DNA of 64,000 nt, taken from the NCBI GenBank assembly GCA_902614355.1, contig CACMKP010000005.1, positions 10,574 to 74,573 on the forward strand, written 5' to 3'. Every line of letters starts with the position of its first letter. Within the stretch, counting starts at the first letter, position 1. The stretch is from an uncultured Pelagibacteraceae bacterium. Lineage in GTDB: Bacteria; Pseudomonadota; Alphaproteobacteria; Pelagibacterales; Pelagibacteraceae. This document shows positions 40,302-50,903 of this stretch, in pieces. Below the pieces are notes generated by a model. The model did no database searches. It was not told the DNA's origin and saw only the letters and a list, made by a program, of their open reading frames with translations. The position numbers and the translations under genes were made by a program.

Positions 40302-42444
40302 TTTTAATCAATCTTAAGTGCAGTTGTTTAGGCTGCATTCTTAGTTTAGCTTTACCTCTTCCAGATAAGCTCGGATTATTCATAAAATATTCATGAGCTG
40401 AAAAGGAATCGCTCTTACTATATTTAATTTTTTTATAATTACCATCAGCTTCAAGTTCCCAGCTCTGATTAGTATCAAGATAATTTGCCAACATTATTTG
40501 ATCTAAGATCTGTTCATGAACAGTCTCATTTTCAATTGGGACTAGAAGTTCTACCCTTCGATTTAAATTTCTCGGCATTAAATCAGCTGACGAAATATAT
40601 ACTTTTGCATTTCTATTAGGCATTTTTTTTGTACCATTACTAAAGCAGTAAATTCTAGAATGCTCTAAAAATCTTCCTATGATACTTTTTACAAATATGT
40701 TTTCTGATCTATCTTTTACTCCTGGTCTTAAACAACAAACACCCCTTACAAATAAATGAATTTTTACACCAGCATTCGAAGCTTCATAAAATTTATCAAT
40801 AATTTCTGAATCTACTAAAGAGTTCATTTTTGCCCAAATGGCTGCAAATTTTCCATTTTTAGAATTTTTAATTTCAGCATCAATATTTTCATTTAAGGTT
40901 TGCCTCATATTTACTGGCGAAATAGAAATTTTATTTAAACTTTTTGGTTTTGCGTATCCTGTTACATAATTGAAAAACTTTTCAACATCTGATGCCATTT
41001 TCTTATCACAACTAAATAAAGACAAATCAGTATAAATTTTAGCATTTACTGGATGATAATTGCCAGTTCCTAAATGAAAATAAGTTTGTATTTTACCCTG
41101 TTCTCTTCTTAAAACTAATGATGATTTTGCATGAGTTTTATATTTAGCAAAACCATAAACAATTTGAACACCTACTTTTTCTAAACTTCTTGATAGTTGA
41201 ATATTAGCTTCCTCATCAAATCTAGCTTTAATTTCAATTAAAGCGGTAACTGTTTTTCCGTTTTCTGCAGCTGTTATTAAAGCTTTAACAATAGGTGAGT
41301 CTAGAGTTGTTCTATATAGAGTTTGTTTTATAGCTATAACTTTTTTATCATTTGCTGCTTGGTTTAAAAATTCAATTACTGAGTCAAATGTTTCAAAAGG
41401 ATGATGAACAACTAAATCTTTCTTTTTAATAGTTTCAAAAAAATTATCATTATATTCTTTTAATCTTTCAACTTCTCTAGGTGTAAAATGTTTAAATCTT
41501 AATTTTGGATTTTTTACTTTACATATTTGATCTATATCTTGAATTCCAACAAGGCCAGCAACATCATAAATATAGTCAGGATTTATATCTAATTTATTAG
41601 TTATAAATCTTATCAATTCGTTATCACTATTTTCAAGAACCTCTAAACGAACAATATCACCCGTTCTACGTCTTTTTAAAGCCAATTCAAAAGATCTAAC
41701 CAAATCTTCTGCTTCCTCTTGAATCTCTACATCGCTGTCTCTTATTACTCTAAAAATCATTTTCTTTTCTAAATCATGATCTGGAAAAATTTCATTAGCA
41801 AAAAAACTTATTACATCATCTAGAATCACAAATTTCTTATGATTTTTTGAAGACTCAATTTCAATAAATCTAGATAATGCTTTTGGTATTACTATTATTG
41901 AGTTTAAAATCCTTTTTTTATTTTTTTTTCTTAACTTCATTACAATTGCTCTTCCTTGATTGATTATAAATGGAAATGGATGTGCAGGATCAATTGCTGA
42001 TGGTGTTAATAAAGGGTAAATCTCTTCTTTAAATATTTCTAAAAGTTTTTTTTTATCCTTAGTATTTAAATTAACTGGTTTAACTAAATTGATATTATTT
42101 TTTTTTAATTGCATAATCAGTTGAATAAAAATTTTGTTCTGTTTTTTTAATAGATTCTTAGTTTCAAGCACTACCTCATCCATTTGCTCTTCAGGTGTCA
42201 AACCATCAGAGCTTAGTGAGTCAACTTCTTGTTTTATTTGACTATATAACCCAGCTACACGGACCATAAAAAATTCATCTAGATTAGACCCAGCAATTGA
42301 TAAAAACTTTACTCTTTCATAAAGAGGATTTTCGATATTTTGCGCCTCTAAAAGTACTCTATCGTTGAATTTTAACCAAGAAAGCTCTCTATTTATATAT
42401 TTAGATTTCAACTCTTCTTTATGTTGTTTTTTTAAAGCAGTCAT
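40288..42444 (-). CDS. ppk1: Polyphosphate kinase 1
   Basis: NRELSWLKFNDRVL, NLDEFFMVRVAGL, KTHAK phospho-His, HLGTGNY, RFLEHSRI. Confidence 0.97.
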   Translation of the reverse strand: MTALKKQHKEELKSKYINRELSWLKFNDRVLLEAQNIENPLYERVKFLSIAGSNLDEFFMVRVAGLYSQIKQEVDSLSSDGLTPEEQMDEVVLETKNLLKKQNKIFIQLIMQLKKNNINLVKPVNLNTKDKKKLLEIFKEEIYPLLTPSAIDPAHPFPFIINQGRAIVMKLRKKNKKRILNSIIVIPKALSRFIEIESSKNHKKFVILDDVISFFANEIFPDHDLEKKMIFRVIRDSDVEIQEEAEDLVRSFELALKRRRTGDIVRLEVLENSDNELIRFITNKLDINPDYIYDVAGLVGIQDIDQICKVKNPKLRFKHFTPREVERLKEYNDNFFETIKKKDLVVHHPFETFDSVIEFLNQAANDKKVIAIKQTLYRTTLDSPIVKALITAAENGKTVTALIEIKARFDEEANIQLSRSLEKVGVQIVYGFAKYKTHAKSSLVLRREQGKIQTYFHLGTGNYHPVNAKIYTDLSLFSCDKKMASDVEKFFNYVTGYAKPKSLNKISISPVNMRQTLNENIDAEIKNSKNGKFAAIWAKMNSLVDSEIIDKFYEASNAGVKIHLFVRGVCCLRPGVKDRSENIFVKSIIGRFLEHSRIYCFSNGTKKMPNRNAKVYISSADLMPRNLNRRVELLVPIENETVHEQILDQIMLANYLDTNQSWELEADGNYKKIKYSKSDSFSAHEYFMNNPSLSGRGKAKLRMQPKQLHLRLIKSGSN

Positions 42445-42457
42445 ATATTTAGATTTT

Positions 42458-42982
42458 ATGTATCAATTATACGTCATGAGACACGCAAAATCTAGTTGGG
42501 ATGATTTAAGTATTAATGATTTTGATAGACCACTTACTAAAAGAGGCAAGAAAAATGCAAAAATGATTTGTGAATTTTTTGTTAAAAAAAAATTTGAATT
42601 TGATTATGCATTAATTTCATCATCAAAAAGAACAAAAAAAACTTTTCAAATTTTATCCAAGAAAATTAATAAGCCAAAAAAAGTTAATTTTTCAAAAGAT
42701 TTATATTTAGTTGATGAGAATGCAATTGTAAAAAAAATTAAAGAAATATCCAGTGAATATAAATCAATTTTGATTATAAACCATGAACCATCAGTGAAAA
42801 ATTTAGTACGAAATCTTACAAAAAATCATAATACGAATAATTTTAAACTAATGAATTATAAATTCCCAACAGCAGCATTTGCAAAAATTGAGTTTGATAT
42901 TAAATCCTGGAATGAAGTTGAGAAAAAGGGAGTATTAAAAAAATTTATAAGACCCAAAGATCTTCAAGATTCTAAAGAATAA
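42458..42982 (+). CDS. sixA: SixA-type phosphohistidine phosphatase
   Basis: LYVMRHAKSSW, DFDRPLTKRG, RTKKT, HEP, FPTAA; start corrected to ATG 42458. Confidence 0.9.
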   Translation: MYQLYVMRHAKSSWDDLSINDFDRPLTKRGKKNAKMICEFFVKKKFEFDYALISSSKRTKKTFQILSKKINKPKKVNFSKDLYLVDENAIVKKIKEISSEYKSILIINHEPSVKNLVRNLTKNHNTNNFKLMNYKFPTAAFAKIEFDIKSWNEVEKKGVLKKFIRPKDLQDSKE

Positions 42983-43647
42983 CCAGCTGATCTTACTGTT
43001 CTAATTAAAGGTTTTGTATTTTGTATGTTAATTGCTTGTCTTAATCTTCTAATATGAACATCAACTGTTCTAGACTCAACATATATATTTTCTCCCCAAA
43101 CATTGTTTAAGAGTTGTTCTCTTGAATAAACTCTTTTTGGATTTTTGATAAAAAAATCTAAGAGTTTAAATTCAGTTGGACCCAAAGTAATTTCTTTATC
43201 TTTTCTATAAACTCTTTTTGTAATCCGATCTATTTTTAAATCAGTAAATTCTACAATGTCTGATGACGATTGAGGTTTAGATCTTCTCAATAAAGATTTA
43301 ATTCTAGCATTCAATTCTTTTTGACTAAAAGGTTTAGTTACATAATCATCTGCACCTGTATCAAATGCTTTTAATTTGTCTTCTTCCTCCCCTTTTGCAG
43401 TTAACATAATGACAGGAATATCATTAAACTTATTATCTTTTTTTAAGTTTTTACAAATTTCAACACCAGATAATTCTGGTAACATCCAATCCATTAATAT
43501 TAAATCTGGCTGTTTTAATTTTATTTGTTTAAGAGCATCTTCTCCATTTTCTGAATGACTGACTTTATAACCTTCTTTTTCAAGATTGTACTTTAACAAA
43601 CTAACAATTGATGCTTCATCTTCAGCTATGAAAACATGAGCTGACAT
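42964..43647 (-). CDS. phoB: Phosphate regulon response regulator
   Basis: DWMLP receiver, GADDYVTKPF, GPTEFKLL, RTVDVHIRRLR; follows phoU. Confidence 0.96.
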   Translation of the reverse strand: MSAHVFIAEDEASIVSLLKYNLEKEGYKVSHSENGEDALKQIKLKQPDLILMDWMLPELSGVEICKNLKKDNKFNDIPVIMLTAKGEEEDKLKAFDTGADDYVTKPFSQKELNARIKSLLRRSKPQSSSDIVEFTDLKIDRITKRVYRKDKEITLGPTEFKLLDFFIKNPKRVYSREQLLNNVWGENIYVESRTVDVHIRRLRQAINIQNTKPLIRTVRSAGYSLES

Positions 43648-43650
43648 AAA

Positions 43651-44358
43651 TCATTTTTCTCCGGTTACAATTGGCTCTGTTCCCTTGGGTCTATCACCTT
43701 CTAAATATTCGCCTTTAACTAAATAATAAACTTGTTCTGCAACATTTGTAGTATGATCACCAATACGCTCTATGTTTTTAGTTACAAACAATAAATGGGT
43801 TCCATCTTCTAAATTTTTTTCATTTTCTTTAAGATATTTTATAACTTCTTGCATACAAAGATTTGTTAGATCATCTATTTGCTCATCACCTTCCCAAACA
43901 TTTACTGCCATTGGCGCAGATCTTTCTAGATAAGCATCCAATGTTGATTTTAATTGTTTTTGAACATTGGTAGATACTCTATTCAATGAGTCTACCAAGT
44001 TCTTTGGAAGATTTTCGTTAAGCAAAAGTGTTCTCTTGGATATATTTTTTGCTAAATCACCTATTCTTTCTAAATCTGAAGACATTTTCAAAGCCGTTAC
44101 TGTCTCTCTTAAATCAATTGCCATAGGTTGTCTTAAAGCAATTAAATTCACAACTTGCTGTTCAATTAAAGTCTCATATTTATCTATTTTTTCATCTTCT
44201 TGAATAACAGCTTCTGCAATATTATTATCTCTTGTTGTAATGGCTTGAATTGCTTTACCTAAAGAATCTTCACATGCACTTCCCATTTTAATTATATTAG
44301 CATTAAGATTTTTTAGTTCTTCTTCGTAAGATTTGACTGTATGTGGTGCTTCAGACAT
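43651..44358 (-). CDS. phoU: Phosphate signalling protein PhoU
   Basis: RQPMAIDLR, DLERIGDLAKNI, ERIGDHTTNVAE. Confidence 0.97.
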   Translation of the reverse strand: MSEAPHTVKSYEEELKNLNANIIKMGSACEDSLGKAIQAITTRDNNIAEAVIQEDEKIDKYETLIEQQVVNLIALRQPMAIDLRETVTALKMSSDLERIGDLAKNISKRTLLLNENLPKNLVDSLNRVSTNVQKQLKSTLDAYLERSAPMAVNVWEGDEQIDDLTNLCMQEVIKYLKENEKNLEDGTHLLFVTKNIERIGDHTTNVAEQVYYLVKGEYLEGDRPKGTEPIVTGEK

Positions 44359-45113
44359 TATCCAAACCTCCCTGTTATATAATCTTGCGTTTTTTTATTA
44401 TCAGGATTCTTAAATATTTTATCAGTAGATCCATGTTCAATCAATTGACCTAAATGAAAAAAACCTGTATTTTGAGAAACACGTGCTGCTTGAGCCATAG
44501 AATGAGTTACAATTATTATTGTGTGCTCTTTTTTTAACTCATCAATCAATTCTTCAATTTGTGCTGTTGCTATTGGATCTAATGCTGAACAAGGTTCATC
44601 CATTAATATAACTTCAGGTCTTACAGAAATCGCTCTAGCAATACAAAGTCTTTGCTGTTGTCCTCCAGATAATCCAGTTCCAGGTTCATGCAACCTATCT
44701 TTTACCTCTTCCCATAGTGCAGCCTTTTTCAAACTAGTTTCAACAATTTCATCCATTTCTTGTTTTGATTGAGCCATACCATGAATTGTTGGACCGTAAG
44801 ACACATTTTCATATAAAGTTTTTGGGAAAGGATTGGGTTTTTGAAAAACCATACCAATTTTTTCTCTTAGTCTTACGACATCACAACTTTTATCATTGAT
44901 ATTAAAATCATTAATTAAAATTTCTCCTTTAACACTACAGATATCAATTACATCATTCATTCTATTAAGACATCTTAGGAAAGTTGATTTACCGCAACCA
45001 GATGGACCAATTAATGCCGTTACTTGATTTTCCTCAATATCTAAACTTATATTAAAGAGCGCTTGTTTTTTTCCATAAAAAACATCAACATCTTTTGCTT
45101 TAATCTTTATCAC
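44358..45113 (-). CDS. pstB: Phosphate ABC transporter ATPase
   Basis: [33 protein letters not shown]; start set at GTG 45113 behind SD GGAG. Confidence 0.96.
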   Translation of the reverse strand: MIKIKAKDVDVFYGKKQALFNISLDIEENQVTALIGPSGCGKSTFLRCLNRMNDVIDICSVKGEILINDFNINDKSCDVVRLREKIGMVFQKPNPFPKTLYENVSYGPTIHGMAQSKQEMDEIVETSLKKAALWEEVKDRLHEPGTGLSGGQQQRLCIARAISVRPEVILMDEPCSALDPIATAQIEELIDELKKEHTIIIVTHSMAQAARVSQNTGFFHLGQLIEHGSTDKIFKNPDNKKTQDYITGRFG

Positions 45114-45114
45114 T

Positions 45115-46383
45115 TTAACTCCATTTTTTCTCAAACTTATGTCTTATTATTTGGGCAAATAAATTCATTATTATTAAAAAGCCAAGTAAGACCATTATAC
45201 ATGCCGAAACTTTTTCTACAAATCCCCTTTCAGCACTTTCAGCCCAAATATAAATTTGAACTGGTAAGCTTGCAGCAGGATCCATGGGTGATCCAGGTAT
45301 CGTGTTAACAAAAGCAACCATTCCAATTAAAATTAAGGGTGCAGTTTCTCCTAAAGCTTGAGCTAAACCAATTATTGTTCCTGATAACGTGCCAGGCATA
45401 GAAAGAGGGACTGTATGATGCATTGTGGTTTGCATTCGACTTGCTCCCATAGCAAGTGCTGCCTCTCTTATACTTGGTGGAACTGCTTTTAAAGATGCTC
45501 TAGCAGCTATAATTATTGTTGGTAAAGTCATTAAGGACAAAGTGATACCTCCAACTAATGGGGTAGACCTTGGTAAATGAAATATAGCCAATAAAACTCC
45601 TAACCCTAATAGACCAAAAACTATAGATGGAACCGCTGCTAAGTTGTTTATATTAACTTCAATAAAATCAGTAAATCTATTTTTAGGGGCAAATTCTTCA
45701 AGATAGATTGCAGCTAGAACCGCAACAGGAAAAGCTATCATTAAACAAACAAGTATAGAAAAAATTGAGCCCATAAATGAACTTGCTATTCCAGCTAGCT
45801 CAGCTTCTCTTGAGTCAGCATTTGTAAAAAAACTTATATTAAATTTACTTTCAACCTTACCATTTGCAACAAGTTGATCAAAAATTTTTAATTGATAATC
45901 GCTTACTCTTCTTTGGTCTTCAGGTAAATCTCTTGGATAATTTCCTTTAAAGACTTGGTCTAAATCATCTGAAGCAGTTAGATAAACTTCCTTTGTTTTT
46001 CCTATTAAATTAGGGTCATTTAAAAGTTCATTTTTAATTTCTTTTTCAAAAAAATAAGACACCATTCTCTTCAATTCATTTTCTTGATCTTCATTGGCGT
46101 TTGGATCTAAATCAGCCATTGATTTTAATGCTATATCGTAATAATCAGCGTCCTGTAAATCTTCTTTAGAAGGATTTTGGTCTAACATCATTAATTCAGC
46201 ATCGAAAGTTACTGGAACAATAAGCCATGTTTTTTGAAAAGCTGAATAGCCAGTTGAAAAAATTTTAAAAATAAAGATTGTTAAAAATAAAAGTGCCATA
46301 AAAATTGCACTCAGACCGTATAAGCGAAATCGCTGTTCAGCTTTATATCTTTTATTTAATAATTGTTCTTTATTTTTATTCAT
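45115..46383 (-). CDS. pstA: Phosphate ABC transporter permease PstA
   Basis: [21 protein letters not shown]. Confidence 0.96.
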   Translation of the reverse strand: MNKNKEQLLNKRYKAEQRFRLYGLSAIFMALLFLTIFIFKIFSTGYSAFQKTWLIVPVTFDAELMMLDQNPSKEDLQDADYYDIALKSMADLDPNANEDQENELKRMVSYFFEKEIKNELLNDPNLIGKTKEVYLTASDDLDQVFKGNYPRDLPEDQRRVSDYQLKIFDQLVANGKVESKFNISFFTNADSREAELAGIASSFMGSIFSILVCLMIAFPVAVLAAIYLEEFAPKNRFTDFIEVNINNLAAVPSIVFGLLGLGVLLAIFHLPRSTPLVGGITLSLMTLPTIIIAARASLKAVPPSIREAALAMGASRMQTTMHHTVPLSMPGTLSGTIIGLAQALGETAPLILIGMVAFVNTIPGSPMDPAASLPVQIYIWAESAERGFVEKVSACIMVLLGFLIIMNLFAQIIRHKFEKKWS

Positions 46384-47761
46384 ATTTTTCTCTATATTTT
46401 TTAACTACTCTCAAGGCCACAATATTTAAACAAAGTGTTACTAAAAATAATGACATACCTAAAGCAAAAGCAGCTTGCGTTTTTGGGTCGCCAAAAGCTT
46501 GGTCACCAATTAGAATAACTACAATTTGAGCTGTAATCGTTGAAGTAGACTCTAAAGGATTTAAAGTTAAATTAGCAGCTAAACCAGAGGCCATAACAAC
46601 TATCATTGTTTCTCCAATAGCTCTTGAAACACCAAGTAAAATAGATCCAACTATCCCCGGCAATGCCGCGGGAAAAATAACTCTCTTAATTGTTTCTGAT
46701 TTAGTTGCTCCTATAGCGTAACTTCCATCTCTTAAACTTTGAGGCACACTTGTAATTACATCGTCACTTAAACTTGAAATAAATGGTATAATCATAATAC
46801 CCATTACCCCTCCTGCTGCTAAAGCACTTTCAGCTGAAACTTCAAGACCCATTGAAGTTCCTAATTCTTTCAAAAATGGTCCAACAGTTAGGGCAGCAAA
46901 AAAACCATAAACAACTGTTGGTATACCAGCTAAAATTTCAATTAATGGTTTTGCATATTGTCTAACTTTAGTTGATGCATATTCAGCTAAATAAATTCCA
47001 CTCATTAATCCAATTGGGATAGCAACGCACATAGCAATAAATGCAATAAAAAAAGTACCTGCAAAAATAGGGACTGCTCCAAAAGTATCTGAATACATTG
47101 TCGGATCTAAAGCCTCAGAAGAATCTCTAACAAAAGCTTTTGCTGGATACCAGTGAGTTCCAAAGACAAAATCAAATAATGGAATTACTTTAAAAAAATC
47201 TATAGTTTGAAATATAAGTGAGAAAACTATTCCAACAGTTGTTAATATTGCAGCTAAAGAAGCTGTAAATAAAACTGCGTTCAAAAATTTTTCAACTGGT
47301 TCTCTTGTTCTAGAATTAGATGAAATTCTTTTATACGCATAAGCAACAGAGGCAATAATTGCAGATAATACTATAACAACTTTTGAACTTTGAGCTATTG
47401 ATCGAAGACTTAAATATTTTTCAGCTGAAGCTTCAATAAAAGGTGTAATTTCTCCAGTGAATTGCCCTCGAGACAATGCTTTTGATTTTTCGTATAATAA
47501 ATTTAATTCATCATCAAGATAACCTTGATTTGAATAATCACTTAAGATTAATAGTTTTACAATTGTGGGCTCAAAAATTGCCCATAATGAAAAAATTATA
47601 AAGGCTGGTATTGCACACCAGATTGCAAGATAATAACCATAAAATTGTGGTAATGCGCTTAATCTTTTTTTTGTAGATTGAATTGTATATGCTTTTTTGC
47701 GTCCAAAATAATAGCTTGTGAAACCTAGAAGAACAATAAATGTAAATAATATTAAGTTCAC
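46376..47761 (-). CDS. pstC: Phosphate ABC transporter permease PstC
   Basis: EILAGIPTVVYG, SRAIGETMIV; GTG start with SD AGGAG. Confidence 0.96.
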   Translation of the reverse strand: MNLILFTFIVLLGFTSYYFGRKKAYTIQSTKKRLSALPQFYGYYLAIWCAIPAFIIFSLWAIFEPTIVKLLILSDYSNQGYLDDELNLLYEKSKALSRGQFTGEITPFIEASAEKYLSLRSIAQSSKVVIVLSAIIASVAYAYKRISSNSRTREPVEKFLNAVLFTASLAAILTTVGIVFSLIFQTIDFFKVIPLFDFVFGTHWYPAKAFVRDSSEALDPTMYSDTFGAVPIFAGTFFIAFIAMCVAIPIGLMSGIYLAEYASTKVRQYAKPLIEILAGIPTVVYGFFAALTVGPFLKELGTSMGLEVSAESALAAGGVMGIMIIPFISSLSDDVITSVPQSLRDGSYAIGATKSETIKRVIFPAALPGIVGSILLGVSRAIGETMIVVMASGLAANLTLNPLESTSTITAQIVVILIGDQAFGDPKTQAAFALGMSLFLVTLCLNIVALRVVKKYREKYE

Positions 47762-47799
47762 AGAATCTCCTTAAGTGAGGACTTTACTCTTTTTTTAAA

Positions 47800-47828
47800 A
47801 AAAAGGGGTCTAAAAAGACCCCCTTTTT
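47800..47828 (-). terminator. GC-rich hairpin with U-tract between pstS and pstC
   Basis: AAAAAGGGGTCT-AAAA-AGACCCCCTTTTT; poly-T follows on both strands. Confidence 0.85.
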
Positions 47829-47852
47829 AATCATTTGTTAACTGAGGAATAA

Positions 47853-48884
47853 TTAATTACCCATAGCAACTAGCTTCGTAGCATTAGTTCTAGTTGTTTT
47901 ATACAACTTAGAGTCTAATGGCACTAAACCAATGTCTGCTAAGTAACCCCCTTTTCCAATAGCTTTCTTAGTTGTGAATTCTTTGACAAACTCATGTAAG
48001 CCTGGAATTACTCCAACGTGTGCTTTTTTCACGTAGAAGAATAAAGGTCTAGCAACAGCATAACTGTAGTCTTGAATAGACTTTAATGACGGTTGTCCAC
48101 CATCAATACTTGCTGCTTGCAATTTATCTTTTGCAGCTAAGAAATAACTGAAACCAAAGAAACCAAACATTTCTTTATCTTGAGTTAACTTTTGGATGAT
48201 TAAACTATCGTTTTCTCCAACTTCAATAGCAGCACCATCTTCTCTGTAAAGTTTTTGAGGTTTTTTGTATTTTTTATTTCCAGCTTCAAAACCAGCTTTA
48301 TAAAGAGCTTTAGCTTCTTTAGTCATACCTTTTTTCATTACTAAAGAATTCCAAGCATCTCTAGTTCCTGATGTTCCTGGTGGGATCATCACTGAAATTT
48401 TTTGTTTTGGTAAGCTAGGGTCAATTTGGTCCCAAGTTTTATAAATATTTGGAACTAATTTACCATCAACAACTGTATGAGCAGCAAGTGCTAAATATAA
48501 TTGTTCTTTAGTAAAGTTTACTGGTTTTGCATCTTTGCTGTAAGCTAATGTAATACCATCGTTACCAATTACGATCTCAACGATATCATTAACACCATTT
48601 TTCTTACATAGAGCTTTTTCTTTATCTTTCATAGCTCTTGATGCATTTGTAATATCTGGATGTTGTTCACCTACACCAGCACAGAATAGTTTAGCTCCAC
48701 CACCAGTACCAGTAGACTCGATTACAGGAGTTTTAAATCCTGAACCACCAAATCTTTCAGCAACAACTGTTGCATAAGGGAATACTGTAGAAGAACCAAC
48801 TATCTTAATTTGATCTCTTGCTTGAGCAACAGTTGCAATTGAAAGTGCAACTAAAGAAGCAATTACTATAGTTAGTTTTTTCAT
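47853..48884 (-). CDS. pstS: Phosphate ABC transporter substrate-binding protein
   Basis: GSSTVFP, STGTGGG, ASR, SGTRD, ARPLFFY; signal peptide. Confidence 0.96.
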   Translation of the reverse strand: MKKLTIVIASLVALSIATVAQARDQIKIVGSSTVFPYATVVAERFGGSGFKTPVIESTGTGGGAKLFCAGVGEQHPDITNASRAMKDKEKALCKKNGVNDIVEIVIGNDGITLAYSKDAKPVNFTKEQLYLALAAHTVVDGKLVPNIYKTWDQIDPSLPKQKISVMIPPGTSGTRDAWNSLVMKKGMTKEAKALYKAGFEAGNKKYKKPQKLYREDGAAIEVGENDSLIIQKLTQDKEMFGFFGFSYFLAAKDKLQAASIDGGQPSLKSIQDYSYAVARPLFFYVKKAHVGVIPGLHEFVKEFTTKKAIGKGGYLADIGLVPLDSKLYKTTRTNATKLVAMGN

Positions 48885-48953
48885 TATCTTTAATCCTTTC
48901 GTTATTTATTAATTAAAAGATGATTGACACGTATAAATTTATTGAATCTTTAA

Positions 48954-48983
48954 TATTACAGAATTGTTACACTTTTGTTAAAA
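48954..48983 (-). promoter_or_regulatory. Pho box (three 11-bp-spaced half sites) upstream of pstS
   Basis: Minus strand TTTTAAC-AAAA-GTGTAAC-AATT-CTGTAAT, resembling the CTGTCAT-N4-CTGTCAT consensus. Confidence 0.82.
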
Positions 48984-48993
48984 AGGTAACTTT

Positions 48994-49602
48994 TTAGTTG
49001 TATTTTTTTGATATAATTATTTGATCAATATCAGTTTCTAAGCCACCAATACATGAAACAGGGTTTACCTGTTCATTAAGAGCTAGTTCTTTGGTTGGAC
49101 GTAAAGTTATTTCTAGTTTTACTAAGTTTACTAATTCCTCTCTAATTTCTTCATCATATCTCCAGCTTGGCCATGAACTTGGGGTTGAAAATATAGAGGT
49201 TAAATAGCTTGTAGCCATAGTATATCTATAATTACTCAAATTTTCATTCCTCAATAAAAAATCTCTTACAGAATTAAAAATATTCCTACATCTAAAAGAA
49301 TCTGAAAAATAATTTTCCTTCTTGAGATTTCTATTCATAGGAACAGAAACAATTAAATCAATTGAATTTTTAGAATACGAGGTAACTACGTCTGTATAAA
49401 ATTCAGCTTCAGTAACTTCTAAATGATCTTTAATAGAAGGATATGAAGTTTTCAAATCTGCCTCTAATCTAAAAATTCCAATATCAAAAACTGTAAGTTG
49501 CTGATTTCTTAATAATGTTGTGATATCTTTAGAAAAAACACTTGTTGTTATAGAGCTTAATAAAAAAGCAAAAATCAAAATATTTTTAAATATTTTAACC
49601 AT
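48994..49602 (-). CDS. Hypothetical exported protein
   Basis: 202 aa, N-terminal signal peptide, two Cys; lies between phoR and pstS. Confidence 0.7.
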   Translation of the reverse strand: MVKIFKNILIFAFLLSSITTSVFSKDITTLLRNQQLTVFDIGIFRLEADLKTSYPSIKDHLEVTEAEFYTDVVTSYSKNSIDLIVSVPMNRNLKKENYFSDSFRCRNIFNSVRDFLLRNENLSNYRYTMATSYLTSIFSTPSSWPSWRYDEEIREELVNLVKLEITLRPTKELALNEQVNPVSCIGGLETDIDQIIISKKYN

Positions 49603-49692
49603 ATAAAAAATTAATTAAAAGATTAACATTAATCAAGTAAAGAATTGTTAAAAAAACCTTCTAAAACTATTACAATATAATATTTTTTAAAT

Positions 49693-50838
49693 TTAAGTTT
49701 TCGCTGGTAAATAAATTTGAATTTCAGTTCCTTGGTTTTCCTCACTTAGAATCTCATAGTGTCCACGATGTTGAGTAACTATATGTTTAACAATAGCTAA
49801 TCCTAAACCGGTTCCACCAACCTTGTTACTTTGTTCAAGATCTACCCTAAAAAATCTTTCTGTAATTCTAGAAATATATCTTTGAGGAATGCCAACACCT
49901 TCGTCTTTAATACTGATCATAAAATTTTTTTCTAACAATTTACCATCGCTAATTTTGCTTGATATAAAAATAGACTTATTTTCCTTTGAATACTTAATTG
50001 CATTATCTAAAAGATTAGAAAAAACAGTTTGTAATTTTTTTTCATCTCCAATAACAACTGTTGGATTGGCGAGAGATAAATTAATATTTAATTTCTTTCT
50101 TTTTAAAACAATCTCAAAATTACTGATGATTGTTTTGAAAAGATCATTTATATCAACTAAAGAGTTTGGCCTTATGTGTTCTTCTAATTCAATTCTTGTG
50201 AGTATTAAAAGATCATTAATTAAATTTTCCATTCTATTTGATTGATCAGTCATTATTTTCATAAATTTTTTTTTAGCCTTTTCATCATCAGACGCTGGGC
50301 CCTCAATTGTTTCTAGTGATCCTTTGATTGCCATTAAAGGTGTTCTTAATTCATGGCTTACATTTGCTACAAAATCAGTTTTAAATTTTTGTGCTTTTGT
50401 AATTTCAGTAAAATCTTTTAAAAATAACACAACAGAGTCTGGTTCAGTAAACAAATGAGTTGGGCCAGGAATAATATAAATTTTATAGAATTGATATGAT
50501 GGGAGGTCTATTTCAATGTCAATATTTTTTGTTTTATTTTCAACAATAGCTTTTTCAATATTTTCTATTAATTCTGGTTTTCGAATTATAGAAGATATGT
50601 TTTTATCAATTAAATTACTTCCAAATCTTTTTAATGCACTTGGATTGGCATATTTAATTATGTTAAATTTATTTAATGCAAAAAATTGATCCTCAAGCTC
50701 ATCAATAATTACTCTTTTGGTTTTTTCCTCTCTTTTATTAATTATTGTAGCAGTATTTATTGATTTGTTTTTTTTTTGATCAAGTAAATAGAGGAGATAA
50801 ATTATAACAACTATAAGTAGAATGATGAAATATTCCAT
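49693..50838 (-). CDS. phoR: Phosphate sensor histidine kinase
   Basis: N-terminal TM, PAS-like region, DFVANVSHELRTPL, NLLDNAIKY, ERFFRVD, GGTGLGLAIVKH. Confidence 0.93.
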   Translation of the reverse strand: MEYFIILLIVVIIYLLYLLDQKKNKSINTATIINKREEKTKRVIIDELEDQFFALNKFNIIKYANPSALKRFGSNLIDKNISSIIRKPELIENIEKAIVENKTKNIDIEIDLPSYQFYKIYIIPGPTHLFTEPDSVVLFLKDFTEITKAQKFKTDFVANVSHELRTPLMAIKGSLETIEGPASDDEKAKKKFMKIMTDQSNRMENLINDLLILTRIELEEHIRPNSLVDINDLFKTIISNFEIVLKRKKLNINLSLANPTVVIGDEKKLQTVFSNLLDNAIKYSKENKSIFISSKISDGKLLEKNFMISIKDEGVGIPQRYISRITERFFRVDLEQSNKVGGTGLGLAIVKHIVTQHRGHYEILSEENQGTEIQIYLPAKT

Positions 50839-50903
50839 AAATTTAGACGGCTTAATTTTGCATCATTAAACTTTTTAATGCAAATAAATTAAGGAAAAAT
50901 TAA

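Noticed and set aside
42365-42457. Longer SixA N-terminus overlapping ppk1
   Set aside because: The RHAK motif normally lies a few residues from the start, so ATG 42458 fits
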